Positions 9,205 through 17,911 of a DNA stretch of 64,000 bases are shown one piece after another. Under the pieces are notes generated by a model. That model was not told the origin of the DNA. It made no database searches and saw nothing but the letters and a program-made list of their open reading frames with translations. Each line of letters starts with the position of its first letter. The first letter of the stretch is position 1. The translations under genes and the position numbers were made by a program. Source of the stretch: Anaerolineales bacterium UBA3499 (lineage in GTDB: Bacteria; Chloroflexota; Anaerolineae; Anaerolineales; UBA11657); assembly GCA_002377585.1 (NCBI GenBank), contig DFQC01000025.1:1117-65116 (forward strand), written 5' to 3'.

Positions 9205-9942
9205 TCACACTGATACTAGTATCTCTTCTCCACCCGCTTCTAATTGACTTGCAAACTGATCTGGAAGCCCATTGTCCCGAACCGCTTGCGCTGCTGCACT
9301 AACATTATAATCAACTCTTCTATAATCAACGTGTATTTTTCCTGCGTCAAGTATTAGCAACACATATCCAGCGCGGAAGTCACCATCTTTAGGTTTTCCA
9401 ACCGACCCAGTGTTAATAAACATAGTACCATCTACATATTTCTGGTAATGTAAATGTGTGTGCCCACATAAAAGCACATCAGTCTCCGCCATTCTAGCAA
9501 TACGCTCAAAAGTTGATTCGCGCCGATCAGCAAACAAATACTCATTAGTAGAACGTGGACTACCATGTACAAGCAGTAATCTGTGTCCCAAACGCTCCCT
9601 ACGAATAGATTTCGGAAATTCTCTCAAGTAATCTTTTCCTTCAACATTAGTATTTTGCTTTGTCCATAAGAGAGAAGTATTACTACGTGCGACATCATCT
9701 GGATTATTATAAGCACAGCCACAGCTCGCTCTATCAAAACCAACAGCATCATCATAGTTGCCCATTACTGTTGGTATATTGTTCTTACGCACAAAATCAA
9801 TTGTGTCGTTTGGATATGCTCCATAACCAACTAAATCACCCAAACAATATATCTCGTCTGGTTGTACATAATTAATATCCTTCCATACTGCCTCTAAAGC
9901 ATGAATATTCGAGTGTATATCTGACAATATAGCAATTTTCAT
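9205..9942 (-). CDS. Calcineurin-like metallophosphoesterase (YfcE/MJ0936-like)
   Basis: ILSDIHSN, CLGDLVGYG, GNYD, LVHGSP, CGHTH motifs in canonical order. Confidence 0.8.
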   Translation of the reverse strand: MKIAILSDIHSNIHALEAVWKDINYVQPDEIYCLGDLVGYGAYPNDTIDFVRKNNIPTVMGNYDDAVGFDRASCGCAYNNPDDVARSNTSLLWTKQNTNVEGKDYLREFPKSIRRERLGHRLLLVHGSPRSTNEYLFADRRESTFERIARMAETDVLLCGHTHLHYQKYVDGTMFINTGSVGKPKDGDFRAGYVLLILDAGKIHVDYRRVDYNVSAAAQAVRDNGLPDQFASQLEAGGEEILVSV

Positions 9943-9944
9943 GC

Positions 9945-10706
9945 CTAACCAAAACGACCTGTAACATAATCTTCAGTTCGTTGCAACGATGGTCGCGTGA
10001 AAATAGTTGTAGTCTCATCAAATTCTATCAATTCGCCTAACCAGAAAAACCCGGTTTTATCGGATACACGAGCCGCCTGCTGCATATTATGAGTCACAAT
10101 AACAATAGTATAGTGTTCCTTCAGTTCCTGTATCAGTTCCTCTATTTGATTTGTCGCAATAGGATCCAAAGCAGAGCATGGTTCATCCATTAAGATTACA
10201 TCCGGAGTAACTGCCAATACACGGGCTATACATAAACGCTGCTGCTGACCTAATGATAGAGACAAAGCCGGTTGTTTCAAATCTTCCTTTATTTCATCCC
10301 ATAGGGCAGCTGCACGCAGAGACTGCACAACTAATTCATGCAAGTCATTACCAGTAGCTATTCCCAACACACGTGGACCAAAAGCTACGTTATCAAAAAT
10401 AGATTGTGGAAATGGATTCGGTCTCTGGAAGACTAAACCTACTTGACGACGTAATTCAGTTTCATCAATATTTGGCGCATAAATATTTTGACCATTTAGA
10501 ACTATGCTGCCACTAATTCTAGTATCAGTAATAGTATCATTCATACGGTTAAGACAACGTAAAAAAGTAGACTTACCACATCCCGAAGGCCCAATAAGTG
10601 CCGTAATCTCACGCGGTAATACTGTCATGTTTACATCACATAAAGCTTGCGTATTACCATAATAGAAGTTTAGCTGCTCAATCTGGAAAGTTATCTCATC
10701 TGACAT
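9945..10706 (-). CDS. pstB: Phosphate ABC transporter ATPase PstB (consensus NBD core, altered signature LSLGQ)
   Basis: [66 protein letters not shown]-terminal YVTGRFG. Confidence 0.9.
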   Translation of the reverse strand: MSDEITFQIEQLNFYYGNTQALCDVNMTVLPREITALIGPSGCGKSTFLRCLNRMNDTITDTRISGSIVLNGQNIYAPNIDETELRRQVGLVFQRPNPFPQSIFDNVAFGPRVLGIATGNDLHELVVQSLRAAALWDEIKEDLKQPALSLSLGQQQRLCIARVLAVTPDVILMDEPCSALDPIATNQIEELIQELKEHYTIVIVTHNMQQAARVSDKTGFFWLGELIEFDETTTIFTRPSLQRTEDYVTGRFG

Positions 10707-10716
10707 TGTATTTTAC

Positions 10717-11478
10717 CTATCCGAACCGACCGGTAATGTATTCTTCCGTCTGCTTTTCACGTGGAGCACTAAATAGGTCTTCACCACTGCCCCATTCCAC
10801 CAATTCTCCTTGTAGCATAAATACTGCCAAATCAGCAATGCGAGCCGTCTGCTGAATACTACTAGGAGCAATAACAACTGTATAGTCCTGCTTAAGGATC
10901 TGAAGCGAAGATTCGACTTTTGCGGTGGAAATAGGATCAAGACCTGAAGTGGGTTCGTCAAGCAATAATACTTCAGGTGCTAGAGCCAACACTCTGGCAA
11001 TACACAGTCGCTGCTGTTGTCCTCCAGATAATGCATTAGCAGAATCGTCCAGTCTATCCTTCACTTCGTCCCACAATGCAGATGAACGTAAGCTACCTTC
11101 AACTGCATCATCCAACTTAGCTCGACGTCGCTCCCCAGCCAATTCCAAACCATAAGTTATATTTTTTCGAATTGAAAAGGGCAATGGTATAGGCTGAGCA
11201 AAAACGATACCAACTCGCCTACGAAGCGAAATTACATCCACGTTCCTATCGAAGATATTAGTGTCATCTAGCATAACTTCGCCAGATATACTGACATCAA
11301 GAAGATCATTTAGTCTATTGAGAGTACGGAGCAAGGTACTCTTACCACCCCCGGCTGGACCAAATAGAGCTGTTATAGCATTTTCAGGAATATCCAAACA
11401 AACATCACTCAGAGCTTGAGTACCATCATCATATCCTACTGACAACTCATTTATTCTAATTTTAGGATTATCGAACAT
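10717..11478 (-). CDS. pstB: Second PstB paralog (canonical LSGGQ, but no H-loop His and a shifted Q-loop)
   Basis: [68 protein letters not shown] (Ser where the H-loop His is expected), YITGRFG. Confidence 0.85.
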   Translation of the reverse strand: MFDNPKIRINELSVGYDDGTQALSDVCLDIPENAITALFGPAGGGKSTLLRTLNRLNDLLDVSISGEVMLDDTNIFDRNVDVISLRRRVGIVFAQPIPLPFSIRKNITYGLELAGERRRAKLDDAVEGSLRSSALWDEVKDRLDDSANALSGGQQQRLCIARVLALAPEVLLLDEPTSGLDPISTAKVESSLQILKQDYTVVIAPSSIQQTARIADLAVFMLQGELVEWGSGEDLFSAPREKQTEEYITGRFG

Positions 11479-11487
11479 TGTAGTATC

Positions 11488-12342
11488 CTACCATTCTCGT
11501 TTACGACGCTGCCAGCTGCGCACACTTGCAGCCAATATATTCATGATCAGTACAAACGCTAGGAGCACAGTCGCTGTACCATATTGAATCGTGATAGGCA
11601 TTTCTGGCACTTGGGTGGATATAACAAAAAGATGATAGGGTAATGCCATAGTCTGATCGAAAATAGAATTAGGTAACTTTGGCAGAAAGAATGCAGCGCC
11701 CGTAAAAAGAATTGGAGCAGTTTCACCAGCTGCTCTATTCAAACCAAGAATAACACCAGTAAGAATACCCGGTAATGCTTGAGGCAGCACTACTCGACGA
11801 ATAGTCTGCCATCGTGTAGCCCCCATGCCAACGCTTACCACCCGGAAGCTTTGGGGTACCGCTCGCAACGCTTCTTCCGCTGTACTAATTATTACGGGGA
11901 TAGTCATAATTGAAAGTGTAAGACAGGCTGCGACTATTGAAGAACCCAGGTCTAGAAATAGCACAAATAGTCCCAATCCGAACAACCCGTATACTACCGA
12001 AGGAATACCTGCCAGATTCACAATTGCCAGACGGATCATACGCGTCCAGTAACTATCAGCTGCATATTCTGAGAGATAGATTGCTGATGCTACTCCTAGA
12101 GGTATTGATATAAGACCAGTACCAACCACAAGATAGATTGTCCCAATAATAGCTGGCCATATACCACCCGATCTCATACCATCACGCGGCATCTCTAACA
12201 AGAATTGCCATGACACAGCTTCTGCGCCTGAGAAAAAGATAGAACTTACTATGATAATTATTGGGACAGCTGTAGCTACAGATGCTAAGCCTATAACTGC
12301 AAATACTATTCTCTCTGTATGGTGTCTAGATAAACGTATCAT
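11488..12342 (-). CDS. pstA: Phosphate ABC transporter permease PstA
   Basis: Six-TM permease with an EAA-type loop: ..EEALRAVPQSFRVVSVGMGATRWQTIRRVVLPQALPGILTG... Sits between pstC and pstB. Confidence 0.85.
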   Translation of the reverse strand: MIRLSRHHTERIVFAVIGLASVATAVPIIIIVSSIFFSGAEAVSWQFLLEMPRDGMRSGGIWPAIIGTIYLVVGTGLISIPLGVASAIYLSEYAADSYWTRMIRLAIVNLAGIPSVVYGLFGLGLFVLFLDLGSSIVAACLTLSIMTIPVIISTAEEALRAVPQSFRVVSVGMGATRWQTIRRVVLPQALPGILTGVILGLNRAAGETAPILFTGAAFFLPKLPNSIFDQTMALPYHLFVISTQVPEMPITIQYGTATVLLAFVLIMNILAASVRSWQRRKREW

Positions 12343-12359
12343 ATCGCTTTAAAGCTATT

Positions 12360-13289
12360 TCAAGACAGCAATCTCTCTGTACGTTTACGTGCACGGAACA
12401 ATACTGCCGAAGCAGTAATATTAACTGTCAGGCTAACAAGAAACAATATAAGTCCGATAGAAAAAAGTACATGATAATGTAAACTTCCATTAGCCACTTC
12501 TCCCATCTCGGCTGCTATAGTAGCCGTCATAGTACGAAGCGAAATGAAAAGCGAACCTAACCCGGATGCCATCTGTGGTGCATTTCCGGTCACCATCATG
12601 ACCGTCATAGTTTCCCCAATAGCACGACCAATTCCCAACATCGTTGCTGTCAACACCCCTGACCTAGCTGCTGGCAAGGTCACACGCCAGATTGTTTGCC
12701 AACGTGTAGCACCAAGAGCAAGTGCCGCATCTCTATATGCTTTAGGAACGGCATCCAATGCATCTTCAGCTACGCTGACAATAGTAGGAATGGCCATGCC
12801 AGCTAATAGTACGGCACCAGTGAATGCGGTAAGACCTGTAGGAAGATAAAGCTCTTCACGCACTAGAGGCGCTAACACAGTAATCCCCAGAAAACCTAGC
12901 ACAACTGAGGGTACACCTCCTAAGACTTCTACTAACGGTTTTAATATTTCGCGTAACCAGAGAGGCGCAATTTCCGCAATAAATATTGCAGTCATCAATC
13001 CAAATGGAATAGCGATGAAAGCTGCTCCGAGTGTAATGATTAGAGAGCCGCTTAAAAGTGGTAGAACTCCAAAATAATTCTCAATAGGATACCATCTTTG
13101 ACTCCACAAATCCCTAGCTTGTAATTCTCCAAAAGTAGGTAGTGACTCCTGCATCAAGAAAAGAAAGATAAGACCGACAAACACAACTGCCGAATAACCT
13201 GAAATGCGGATAATTGCTTCCACAACAAATTCAAGCAGTTGACGATATTTGGTATTGAAGATCATTTTGCTATTCATAATTTTTGTCAT
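12360..13289 (-). CDS. pstC: Phosphate ABC transporter permease PstC
   Basis: ..EDALDAVPKAYRDAALALGATRWQTIWRVTLPAARSGVLTA.. Sits between pstS and pstA. Confidence 0.85.
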   Translation of the reverse strand: MTKIMNSKMIFNTKYRQLLEFVVEAIIRISGYSAVVFVGLIFLFLMQESLPTFGELQARDLWSQRWYPIENYFGVLPLLSGSLIITLGAAFIAIPFGLMTAIFIAEIAPLWLREILKPLVEVLGGVPSVVLGFLGITVLAPLVREELYLPTGLTAFTGAVLLAGMAIPTIVSVAEDALDAVPKAYRDAALALGATRWQTIWRVTLPAARSGVLTATMLGIGRAIGETMTVMMVTGNAPQMASGLGSLFISLRTMTATIAAEMGEVANGSLHYHVLFSIGLILFLVSLTVNITASAVLFRARKRTERLLS

Positions 13290-13328
13290 TCTTCCTAATA
13301 TCTTTTCCAGTCACTTTACTCTTACACT

Positions 13329-14222
13329 CTAGTTCACAGGTACAAAGCCTAGTTCCTCGACAATTGACTGTGCTGGTTCGCTATAGATCCAGTCAATATA
13401 ATCCTTGGTATATCCAGTCGCTTCTTCTGGTAAGTACATATACAGTGCACGTGAAATAGGATATGTATCATCAATTACAGTCTTGATTGTAGGCATAATA
13501 TATAAGCCATCATCACTTGGAGATACAGCGACGGTCTTTACTCCATCTGTCACATATCCGAGACCTTCATATCCTATAGCGTTCGGATTCTGGGATATTT
13601 CGGATGTTATACCCTCCGATGAGGGTAACAACAAAGTACCGGGAGAAAAGAAGGTTTCATCATTCTTATTACCCTTACGAACTACAGACTCCAGGAAATA
13701 CACATGCGTACCTGAGTTAACTTCACGTGACAGACAAACAATTGGACGATTCTCGCCTCCTACATCTACCCAATTAGTAATTTTGCCACTAAAAATGTCA
13801 GACAATTGTTGCAATGTAAGTCGCTCAATCGGATTCTGTGGATGTACTATCACCGCTATGCCATCGCGCGCTATAACATATTCCACTGGTGCATAACCGT
13901 TCTCTTTGGCATTAACAACTTCTTTTTCCTTTATCCTTCGAGATGCATTTGCTATGTCTACAGTACCATTTATCATTGCAGCTATGCCTGTTCCAGATCC
14001 TCCACCGGTTACAGATACACTAACATTTGGGTATGCCTCATTGTAAGCCTCAGCCCATGCTAACGCTAAATTGACAATGGTATCGGATCCCTTATTTGTC
14101 AAAGTAACACTATCCATCATATTAGCATTTTGCGACCTGTTGATTTTTGCACCGCATGCACTGAATAGTAGAGCTCCGATCACAAAGATAATGATGATGT
14201 ATCGACTACGTGCCACTCGCAT
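13329..14222 (-). CDS. pstS: Phosphate-binding lipoprotein PstS
   Basis: Start taken at MRVARSRYIIIIFVIGALLFSAC (lipobox LFSAC). GSDTIVNLALAWAEAY, VTGGGSGTGIAAMINGTVDIANASR, REVNSGT. First gene of the pst operon. Confidence 0.85.
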   Translation of the reverse strand: MRVARSRYIIIIFVIGALLFSACGAKINRSQNANMMDSVTLTNKGSDTIVNLALAWAEAYNEAYPNVSVSVTGGGSGTGIAAMINGTVDIANASRRIKEKEVVNAKENGYAPVEYVIARDGIAVIVHPQNPIERLTLQQLSDIFSGKITNWVDVGGENRPIVCLSREVNSGTHVYFLESVVRKGNKNDETFFSPGTLLLPSSEGITSEISQNPNAIGYEGLGYVTDGVKTVAVSPSDDGLYIMPTIKTVIDDTYPISRALYMYLPEEATGYTKDYIDWIYSEPAQSIVEELGFVPVN

Positions 14223-14346
14223 GTAGACACTATACTGTAATAACAAGAAGAGGAAAGTGATATTGAATTAATAAGAGATAAAGTTTTTGTTAAATATAAT
14301 TAATGTTCCTACATCAAACTAATCAGATGAATTTAGAGACATGCCC

Positions 14347-14364
14347 TTTACATTGGGTTTACAT
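14347..14364. promoter_or_regulatory. Candidate Pho box: TTTACAT-N4-TTTACAT (11-bp period) upstream of pstS
   Basis: Exact 7-nt direct repeat at 14347-14353 and 14358-14364. It fits the TT(A/T/C)ACA half-site of Gram-positive PhoP boxes. It lies about 125-140 nt upstream of the pstS start. Confidence 0.35.
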
Positions 14365-14411
14365 GTATCAATTTATGCGAATTTTGGTATCCCTAAATTA
14401 AGGAGGTGAGA

Positions 14412-15563
14412 TTATTTGTCGGCTCGTAATAACGTAAAGCTAATGATTGCACCAGTCTCAGGAGCATTTTCAGCCCATATAACCCCGCCATGGGCTTGTA
14501 CAATATGATTAGCAATCGCTAAACCCAGTCCAGTGCCAGCACCTTTCCGAGTACGATCCGCCCGGAAAAACCGTTCGAAAATACGCGGCAAATCATCTGG
14601 ATGGATTCCAGGACCAGAATCCTGTATTTCAATTCTCACGCACTCATCCTCGGCAATTGCACTAACAATCACACTGCCATCCGAAGGAGTAAACTTTATA
14701 GCATTATGAAATATGTTACTTAATACTCTTTGTACTTGATCTGCATCAGCCCATACTGGGACATCTGTACATTCGGTCATATGAAACTGTATGGATTTGA
14801 GGTCAGCTTGAGGTTGCAAACGTTCAATTGTTGGCATTATCAACGTAACTGCATTAGCGGAGTCCAATTTGATAGCAAACCGCCCAGACTCTATCAGCGA
14901 TATGTCTAGTAACTCTTGGGCCATTTCCTTTAGCGTGTCAGTCTCGGTGGTCATTTTTTCAAGAGCAGATATAGTGTCCGCAGACTGTTCTCGAGCCATT
15001 AGCATGTCCAAAAGTAAACGAATTGAAGTCAACGGTGTACGTAATTCATGTGATATGTTTGCAAACAGATCACGCCTAGCCTGTTCCGAATAATGTAAGT
15101 TAGAAACATCAGACAAAGCAAGGACAGCTCCATAATCGAATCTCAATGCTCGTACCTGGTAAACACTATCCTGAAACTCAGATTGCCATTCATATAATTC
15201 TTCGTCAGTTTCACCTGACACCACGCTACGACATTCCAACTCAAACTCCTCAGAGTGGGTATAGCTCACAATACTAACTCCTGGATCCGATATGTCACCG
15301 AAAATCTGCACAGCTATAGGATTTGCATATAACAGATTGAGCTCCGAATCAATCAAAAGTAAAGCTTCTTCCAGTACACTGCTAGCAGCCTGCCACCTTG
15401 CACTCTGTACTTTCTCTACCTCGGATTTTGTCTCTAGATCATCAGTTAAGACCTTTATTTGACGTCGCATAGTATCTATACGTTGTTTCGATAGTACGTA
15501 ATAGCGTACAAATAATAAAACAACGAATAAACCGATTGCTATAAGCACTAAACTATTCGTCAT
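14412..15563 (-). CDS. Sensor histidine kinase, PhoR-like
   Basis: N-terminal TM segment. H-box ISHELRTPLTSI, N-box IFHNAIKFT, G1 DSGPGI, G2 GTGLGLAIA. Start overlaps the regulator stop (ATGA). Confidence 0.85.
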   Translation of the reverse strand: MTNSLVLIAIGLFVVLLFVRYYVLSKQRIDTMRRQIKVLTDDLETKSEVEKVQSARWQAASSVLEEALLLIDSELNLLYANPIAVQIFGDISDPGVSIVSYTHSEEFELECRSVVSGETDEELYEWQSEFQDSVYQVRALRFDYGAVLALSDVSNLHYSEQARRDLFANISHELRTPLTSIRLLLDMLMAREQSADTISALEKMTTETDTLKEMAQELLDISLIESGRFAIKLDSANAVTLIMPTIERLQPQADLKSIQFHMTECTDVPVWADADQVQRVLSNIFHNAIKFTPSDGSVIVSAIAEDECVRIEIQDSGPGIHPDDLPRIFERFFRADRTRKGAGTGLGLAIANHIVQAHGGVIWAENAPETGAIISFTLLRADK

Positions 15564-16240
15564 TCCTCAAACCGATATCCAACACCACGAACTGTTACTA
15601 TTCGGACAGGCTTAGATGGATCAAGCTCTATTTTCTCTCTTAACCAGCGTATATGTACGTCAACAGTATGTGTATTACCAACATAGCTGTAACCCCACAC
15701 TTTTTCCAACAACAAATCGCGTGATAAAACAGCCCCTTTATTCCTAATAAGTTCAGCCAGTAAGTTGAATTCCTTTTGTGTCAGATGTACCTCCGCATCA
15801 TCTTTGGATACACGACGAGAAGTAAGATCAAGGCTGATATCGCCTGAGGTCAATTGCATTTGGTTTTCTTGCTTGTCATTCCTAGTACGTCGTAAAAGTG
15901 ATCTGATACGCGCTAGTAATTCTCCTAGACTAAATGGTTTGACCACATAATCGTCAGCACCGGTTTCAAGACCAACAATTTTGTCCATCTCCGTACCGCG
16001 AGCTGTAAGCATAATTATCGGCACATTAGAATCACGCCGCAGCGCACGACATACAGAAAGACCATCCATTTCCGGAAGCATCAAATCTAACAATATCAGG
16101 TCAGGACCTTCTTCTTTTGCCTGTTTTAAACCATCAAGCCCATTGTCAGATAGGATTACTTCATACCCCTCAGACTCTAATCCTGCTGACAATGCTTCGC
16201 GCACCGTGTCATCATCTTCCACTATTAATATTGTAGGCAT
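15560..16240 (-). CDS. OmpR/PhoB-family response regulator
   Basis: ILIVEDD, LILLDLMLPEMDG, YVVKPF. C-terminal winged helix ..LTQKEFNLLAELI..VDVHIRWLREKIE..IVTVRGVGYRF. Confidence 0.9.
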   Translation of the reverse strand: MPTILIVEDDDTVREALSAGLESEGYEVILSDNGLDGLKQAKEEGPDLILLDLMLPEMDGLSVCRALRRDSNVPIIMLTARGTEMDKIVGLETGADDYVVKPFSLGELLARIRSLLRRTRNDKQENQMQLTSGDISLDLTSRRVSKDDAEVHLTQKEFNLLAELIRNKGAVLSRDLLLEKVWGYSYVGNTHTVDVHIRWLREKIELDPSKPVRIVTVRGVGYRFEE

Positions 16241-16436
16241 CTCAAAATGTCCCGGTTACTATATGTATGTTCATGAGAAGTACATGATACCGCAGACTAG
16301 ATGTTTATGGATAGTTCAAACGTCAATTCTGAAAACACAAATTCTATATTCATAACTTGCTGTCAAACAAATTGGTGTATATTAGCATGAGCGTAAACTA
16401 TTAAAACGTCTTGGATATTATAAAGAGGAACTTGGC

Positions 16437-16757
16437 ATGAATATAGATAATGCTATTGATGACATTGTTTTACTTGTACAGCGAGATGGGCAACCACTTA
16501 AAGGTCTTGGGATTAGGGATAAAAAAATTTATGTGCGTCTTAAGGGGTATGATAGCATCGGCCTGTGGGTAGAATTGCCAGATTATAATCTACCTCAACT
16601 TGCGCATTCAGAATCAGGACCACAAGATGAGATCACAGCAGACGCGTGTGCATTAATTCCTTGGACAGCGATAGAAACAGTGGTTCATTTTCCTGATTTA
16701 GAAGGCTTTGACTTCCCGAAACCAGAAGTTGATCAGCTAGGTTTTCAGAGTGAATAA
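16437..16757 (+). CDS. Hypothetical protein (106 aa)
   Basis: ORF with an AGAGGA SD-like element upstream. No motif recognised. Confidence 0.4.
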   Translation: MNIDNAIDDIVLLVQRDGQPLKGLGIRDKKIYVRLKGYDSIGLWVELPDYNLPQLAHSESGPQDEITADACALIPWTAIETVVHFPDLEGFDFPKPEVDQLGFQSE

Positions 16758-16841
16758 GCCCTAGTATTTGCACATATAAATTAAATGCATATAACAAATG
16801 TCTCAATCTCATTCTAGTCAAGATAACCCAGCGCAAATATT

Positions 16842-17882
16842 GTGAATACTTACAGACTAGCACTAATTGGCTTTGGAAACGTCGGTCAAGGTCTGGCAAA
16901 AATCCTGCTTGATCGCAGCGCCTGGCTGGAAGAGAGATTTGGTACATCATTTGTCATTGTAGCAATTAGTGATATACACAAAGGTAGCTGCTATGATCCA
17001 GCTGGACTATCCATATCCGAACTGTTAGATTCAATAGATAATACTAACAATCTCGAAGGAGTCACAGCTCCGCATCAAGGATGGGATTCTCTGCAGACCA
17101 TACAAGATAGCAACGCAGATGTCATAATAGAAATTAGCTATACTGATTTAGAAACTGGAGAACCAGCGCTCACACACGCTCGAACAGCTCTCCAGTCTGG
17201 AAAACATGTAGTAACTACAAACAAAGGTCCAATAGCGTTATATTTCCCAGAATTAATTGATCTAGCACACAAACACAATGTAGAAATTGGAGTGGAAGGC
17301 ACGGTAATGAGTGGCACTCCTGTTCTAAGTGTCGGTATGGATGTTATGCAAGGAGCTGGAATCAATAAAATAGAAGGCATACTTAACGGCACGACAAATT
17401 ATATTCTTACTCAAATGGAAACTGGTATGAGCTACAGCGAAGCACTACTTCAAGCACAAGATCTTGGTTATGCTGAAGCCAATCCAGATGGAGATGTAAA
17501 AGGTCATGATGCAGCTGGAAAAATAGTGATCTTGGCAAACCTACTAATGAATGTACCGCTAAGAATGCAAGATGTATCCTGCAAAGGTATCACGCACATT
17601 ACAGAAAAAGACATCAGAGCTGCATCCAAAGAAAAGAAACGCTGGAAACTTGTCGGCATACTGGACAAAACAGATAATGGATGTGAAGCAAGAGTACAGC
17701 CAGAATTACTGCCGCACAATCATCCTCTGTACTCAGTGAGTGGTGCCACCAATGCTATCACGTACAGTACAAAATTGTTGGGAGATGTAACATTGATTGG
17801 TCCTGGAGCTGGTCGTGTGGAAACTGGGTACGCATTATTAGAAGATTTGCTAGGCATCCTTAAAATCCAGAACGGGCAATAG
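16842..17882 (+). CDS. hom: Homoserine dehydrogenase (no ACT domain)
   Basis: GTG start. Rossmann LIGFGNVGQG. ..VVTTNKGPIA.., EGTVMSGTPVL, ILNGTTNYILTQM.., LGYAEANPDGDVKGHDAAGKIVILANL. Confidence 0.7.
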   Translation: MNTYRLALIGFGNVGQGLAKILLDRSAWLEERFGTSFVIVAISDIHKGSCYDPAGLSISELLDSIDNTNNLEGVTAPHQGWDSLQTIQDSNADVIIEISYTDLETGEPALTHARTALQSGKHVVTTNKGPIALYFPELIDLAHKHNVEIGVEGTVMSGTPVLSVGMDVMQGAGINKIEGILNGTTNYILTQMETGMSYSEALLQAQDLGYAEANPDGDVKGHDAAGKIVILANLLMNVPLRMQDVSCKGITHITEKDIRAASKEKKRWKLVGILDKTDNGCEARVQPELLPHNHPLYSVSGATNAITYSTKLLGDVTLIGPGAGRVETGYALLEDLLGILKIQNGQ

Positions 17883-17911
17883 GACTTATCTTCTAATAAG
17901 ACATACTTAAA

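Noticed and set aside
10713-14063. Several 60-160-aa ORFs antisense to the pstB, pstA, pstC and pstS genes (10713-10961, 10925-11155, 11825-12052, 12544-12849, 13405-13896, 13806-14063).
   Set aside because: All are embedded in confidently identified pst genes on the opposite strand or in a different frame of the same strand, and none has a start context.
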